Assembly: GCA_016707885.1 (NCBI GenBank)
Contig: JADJGU010000006.1
Location: 43,417-107,416, forward strand
Length of the DNA stretch: 64,000 nt
Source: Sphingomonadales bacterium
GTDB lineage: Bacteria; Pseudomonadota; Alphaproteobacteria; Sphingomonadales; Sphingomonadaceae
Reading direction: 5' to 3'
The translations under genes were made by a program, and so were the position numbers. The notes under the pieces were generated by a model. It did not search any database. It was not told the origin of the DNA and worked only from the letters and a program-made list of their open reading frames with translations. Numbering within the stretch: the stretch's first letter is position 1; each line of letters opens with the position of its first letter. This document shows, one piece after another, positions 62,139 to 64,000 of this stretch.

Positions 62139-62181
62139 GCGCGACGCGCAATTGCCCGAATTTCCTGTGCAAAAGGCGGGG

Positions 62182-62517
62182 TTAGAACGGCAGTTTGAAA
62201 CCCGGAGGCAGCGGCAAGCCGCTCGTCATCTTGCCCATTTCCGCATTGCTGGCACTGTCTGCCTTTTCACGTGCGTCGTTGAACGCGGCAACAACCAGAT
62301 CTTCCAACATCTGTTTGTCCGACGGGACGATCAGGCTGTCGTCAATTGACAGTCCGATAATCCGCCCCTTTGCAGACGCCCGGACTTTTACCAGACCGCC
62401 GCCCGAAACACCCTCGACTTCAATGGTGTCGAGTTTACCTTGCGCTTCTTCCATCTGCTTCTGGATGGTTTGCGCGGCCTCCTGTGCGGCCTTCATCATA
62501 TCTTCAATGCTTTTCAT
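62182..62517 (-). CDS. ybaB: YbaB/EbfC-family nucleoid-associated protein
   Basis: 111 aa with MMKAAQEAAQTIQKQMEEAQ...VEGVSGGGLVKV. ATGA overlap with the dnaX stop. Confidence 0.9.
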   Translation of the reverse strand: MKSIEDMMKAAQEAAQTIQKQMEEAQGKLDTIEVEGVSGGGLVKVRASAKGRIIGLSIDDSLIVPSDKQMLEDLVVAAFNDAREKADSASNAEMGKMTSGLPLPPGFKLPF

Positions 62518-64000
62518 GCTCTTAAGCTCCGAACCTCAGCCTGCCTGTCGGGAGAGATCAGGCGACCATCTACACTAACTTCCGCATCGGGAAAGGCGTC
62601 AAGCGCCGCTTTAACCAACGGGGATTCGAGTATCTCGCGATTGGCTTGCGCTTCTTGCAACCGCTCCAATTCAAGCAATGTCGGCTGAGCTTCACCGTCC
62701 GCCTCTTCAACATCCCAACGCTCCCCAGTGGCGCGGAACAACGCTTCGCGCAACTCGGTCAGAAAGCCTTGATGGACTGGTCCAGCCAACTGATACGTCA
62801 GCTTAGGCGGCGCATATGCGACCACCCGCATCACATCATGCATCGTCGCAGCGAGATTCACAAAACCGCTCTTGTCCAGTTGCGCCACCAATGGACCAAA
62901 ATTCATAGGCAAAGCCGCGGAGCTGGCAGTTGCAGCGGAGGAATCACCCGAGATATGCGGCTCCGTTGCAGCCGGCGCGGGCACCGGTCCATTTTGCAAA
63001 AGACGCGCAAGCTCACCCGGGTCGGGCATGCTGGCGCCGTGCAGCACGCGCAAAAGCGCCATATCGCAACTTTCGAGCGGCAGACTGGCGCGTGCGACCT
63101 CCTCATGCCCTTTCAGCAGCAACTGCCACAGCCGGTGGAGCATCGGGAAGGACAGCTTGTCGGCCCAGCCATCGATCTGCTCGCGCGCATCTTCGGGCAA
63201 AGTCGCGTCGTGAGGGCTGCCAATTTTCGCCAGCGTCACCAGATGAACTTCGCGCAGCAGCCCTGCCAAAGTCGCGGCGGGCTCAACACCCAGGCTATAT
63301 TGATGCTTGGCTTCTTGCAATACAGCCCGCGCTTCACCTGCCAACAGCAATCCAAACAGCCGGCGGACAGCTGAGCGGTCTGACAGCCCGAGCATCGAGC
63401 GCACTTGCGCAGCGCTGACCACGCCGTCGCCATCAAGATCGGCATGCGCTATCGCCTGATCGAGAATCGAAAGCCCATCGCGAACTGACCCTTCTGCGGC
63501 CTGTGCGACCAAAGCCAGTGCTTCGCCATCGGCATTCACGCCCTCTTTTGCACAGACCTCGGCAAAGTGCGCCGTCAGCTTTTCGACCGAAATCCGCTTG
63601 AGATCAAAACGCTGGCACCGCGATAGCACGGTGATCGGAACCTTGTTGACCTCGGTCGTGGCGAACAGGAATTTGACATGTGCGGGGGGCTCTTCAAGTG
63701 TCTTCAACAACGCGTTAAACGCGTTTTTGGACAGCATGTGCACTTCGTCGATGATGTAAATCTTATAACGCGCCGAAACCGCAGCATAGCGCACTGCTTC
63801 AATGATTTCGCGGACATCGTCGACACCGGTATGGCTGGCGGCATCCATTTCGATGACATCGATATGGCGCCCCTCAGCAATTGCCGTGCACGGCTCACAT
63901 TTTCCGCAGGGATCGATTGTCGGCCCGCCCTGGCCATCCGGACCGATGCAGTTCAACGCTTTGGCAATCAGGCGCGCAGTCGAGGTTTTCCCAACCCCGC
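62514..64000 (-). CDS. dnaX: DNA polymerase III subunit gamma/tau (N-terminus lies outside the window)
   Basis: The frame stays open to the window edge. It contains the C..C...C zinc module (CGKCEPC), YKIYIIDEVHMLS (Walker B) and ATTEVNKVPITVLSRCQRF. Confidence 0.9.
   Translation of the reverse strand, partial: GVGKTSTARLIAKALNCIGPDGQGGPTIDPCGKCEPCTAIAEGRHIDVIEMDAASHTGVDDVREIIEAVRYAAVSARYKIYIIDEVHMLSKNAFNALLKTLEEPPAHVKFLFATTEVNKVPITVLSRCQRFDLKRISVEKLTAHFAEVCAKEGVNADGEALALVAQAAEGSVRDGLSILDQAIAHADLDGDGVVSAAQVRSMLGLSDRSAVRRLFGLLLAGEARAVLQEAKHQYSLGVEPAATLAGLLREVHLVTLAKIGSPHDATLPEDAREQIDGWADKLSFPMLHRLWQLLLKGHEEVARASLPLESCDMALLRVLHGASMPDPGELARLLQNGPVPAPAATEPHISGDSSAATASSAALPMNFGPLVAQLDKSGFVNLAATMHDVMRVVAYAPPKLTYQLAGPVHQGFLTELREALFRATGERWDVEEADGEAQPTLLELERLQEAQANREILESPLVKAALDAFPDAEVSVDGRLISPDRQAEVRSLRA

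Noticed and set aside
62514-64000. Programmed -1 frameshift site in dnaX (A AAA AAG type, as in E. coli)
   Set aside because: I found no such slippery heptamer in the visible part of the gene. Alphaproteobacteria are known to produce the gamma subunit by other means.

Overview
The window looks like a high-GC (by eye) chromosomal segment from a Sphingomonadales-type alphaproteobacterium, and most of it is housekeeping. Gene order runs accD-folC, ampG, rluB-rsmD, uvrD, cysK, a MerR/acyl-CoA dehydrogenase/PLD operon, two L,D-transpeptidases, sodC, serB/miaA, ilvBNC, leuA, kup, ccmCDEFGHI, leucine dehydrogenase and tRNA-His. A long minus-strand cluster follows: rpsB-tsf-pyrH-frr-uppS-cdsA-dxr-rseP-bamA-skp-fabZ-rpmE. 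The window ends with hup, lon, ybaB and dnaX. I saw no transposase, integrase, rRNA or CRISPR array. Three short stretches are visibly lower in GC and carry orphan genes. (1) 32.6-33.9 kb holds a 254-aa unknown protein plus a stand-alone AHH/HNH-type nuclease, wedged between kup and the leuA leader; this is my best candidate for an undescribed toxin/immunity or defence-like module. (2) 9.0-9.75 kb holds a 244-aa orphan whose GTG start abuts the uvrD stop codon. (3) 53.7-54.95 kb holds a secreted Cys-rich protein next to a frameshifted acyl-CoA synthetase. Other notable signals are a Leu-rich leader peptide with alternative hairpins upstream of leuA, and a GAAC-N7-GAAC (alphaproteobacterial SOS-box form) in front of a small membrane-protein gene. 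There is also a palindromic operator inside the MerR operon promoter, a sigma32-like promoter for lon, and a bamA-skp-fabZ cluster with no lpxD/lpxA/lpxB. All functional calls rest on motif and family recognition by eye; no database search was run.
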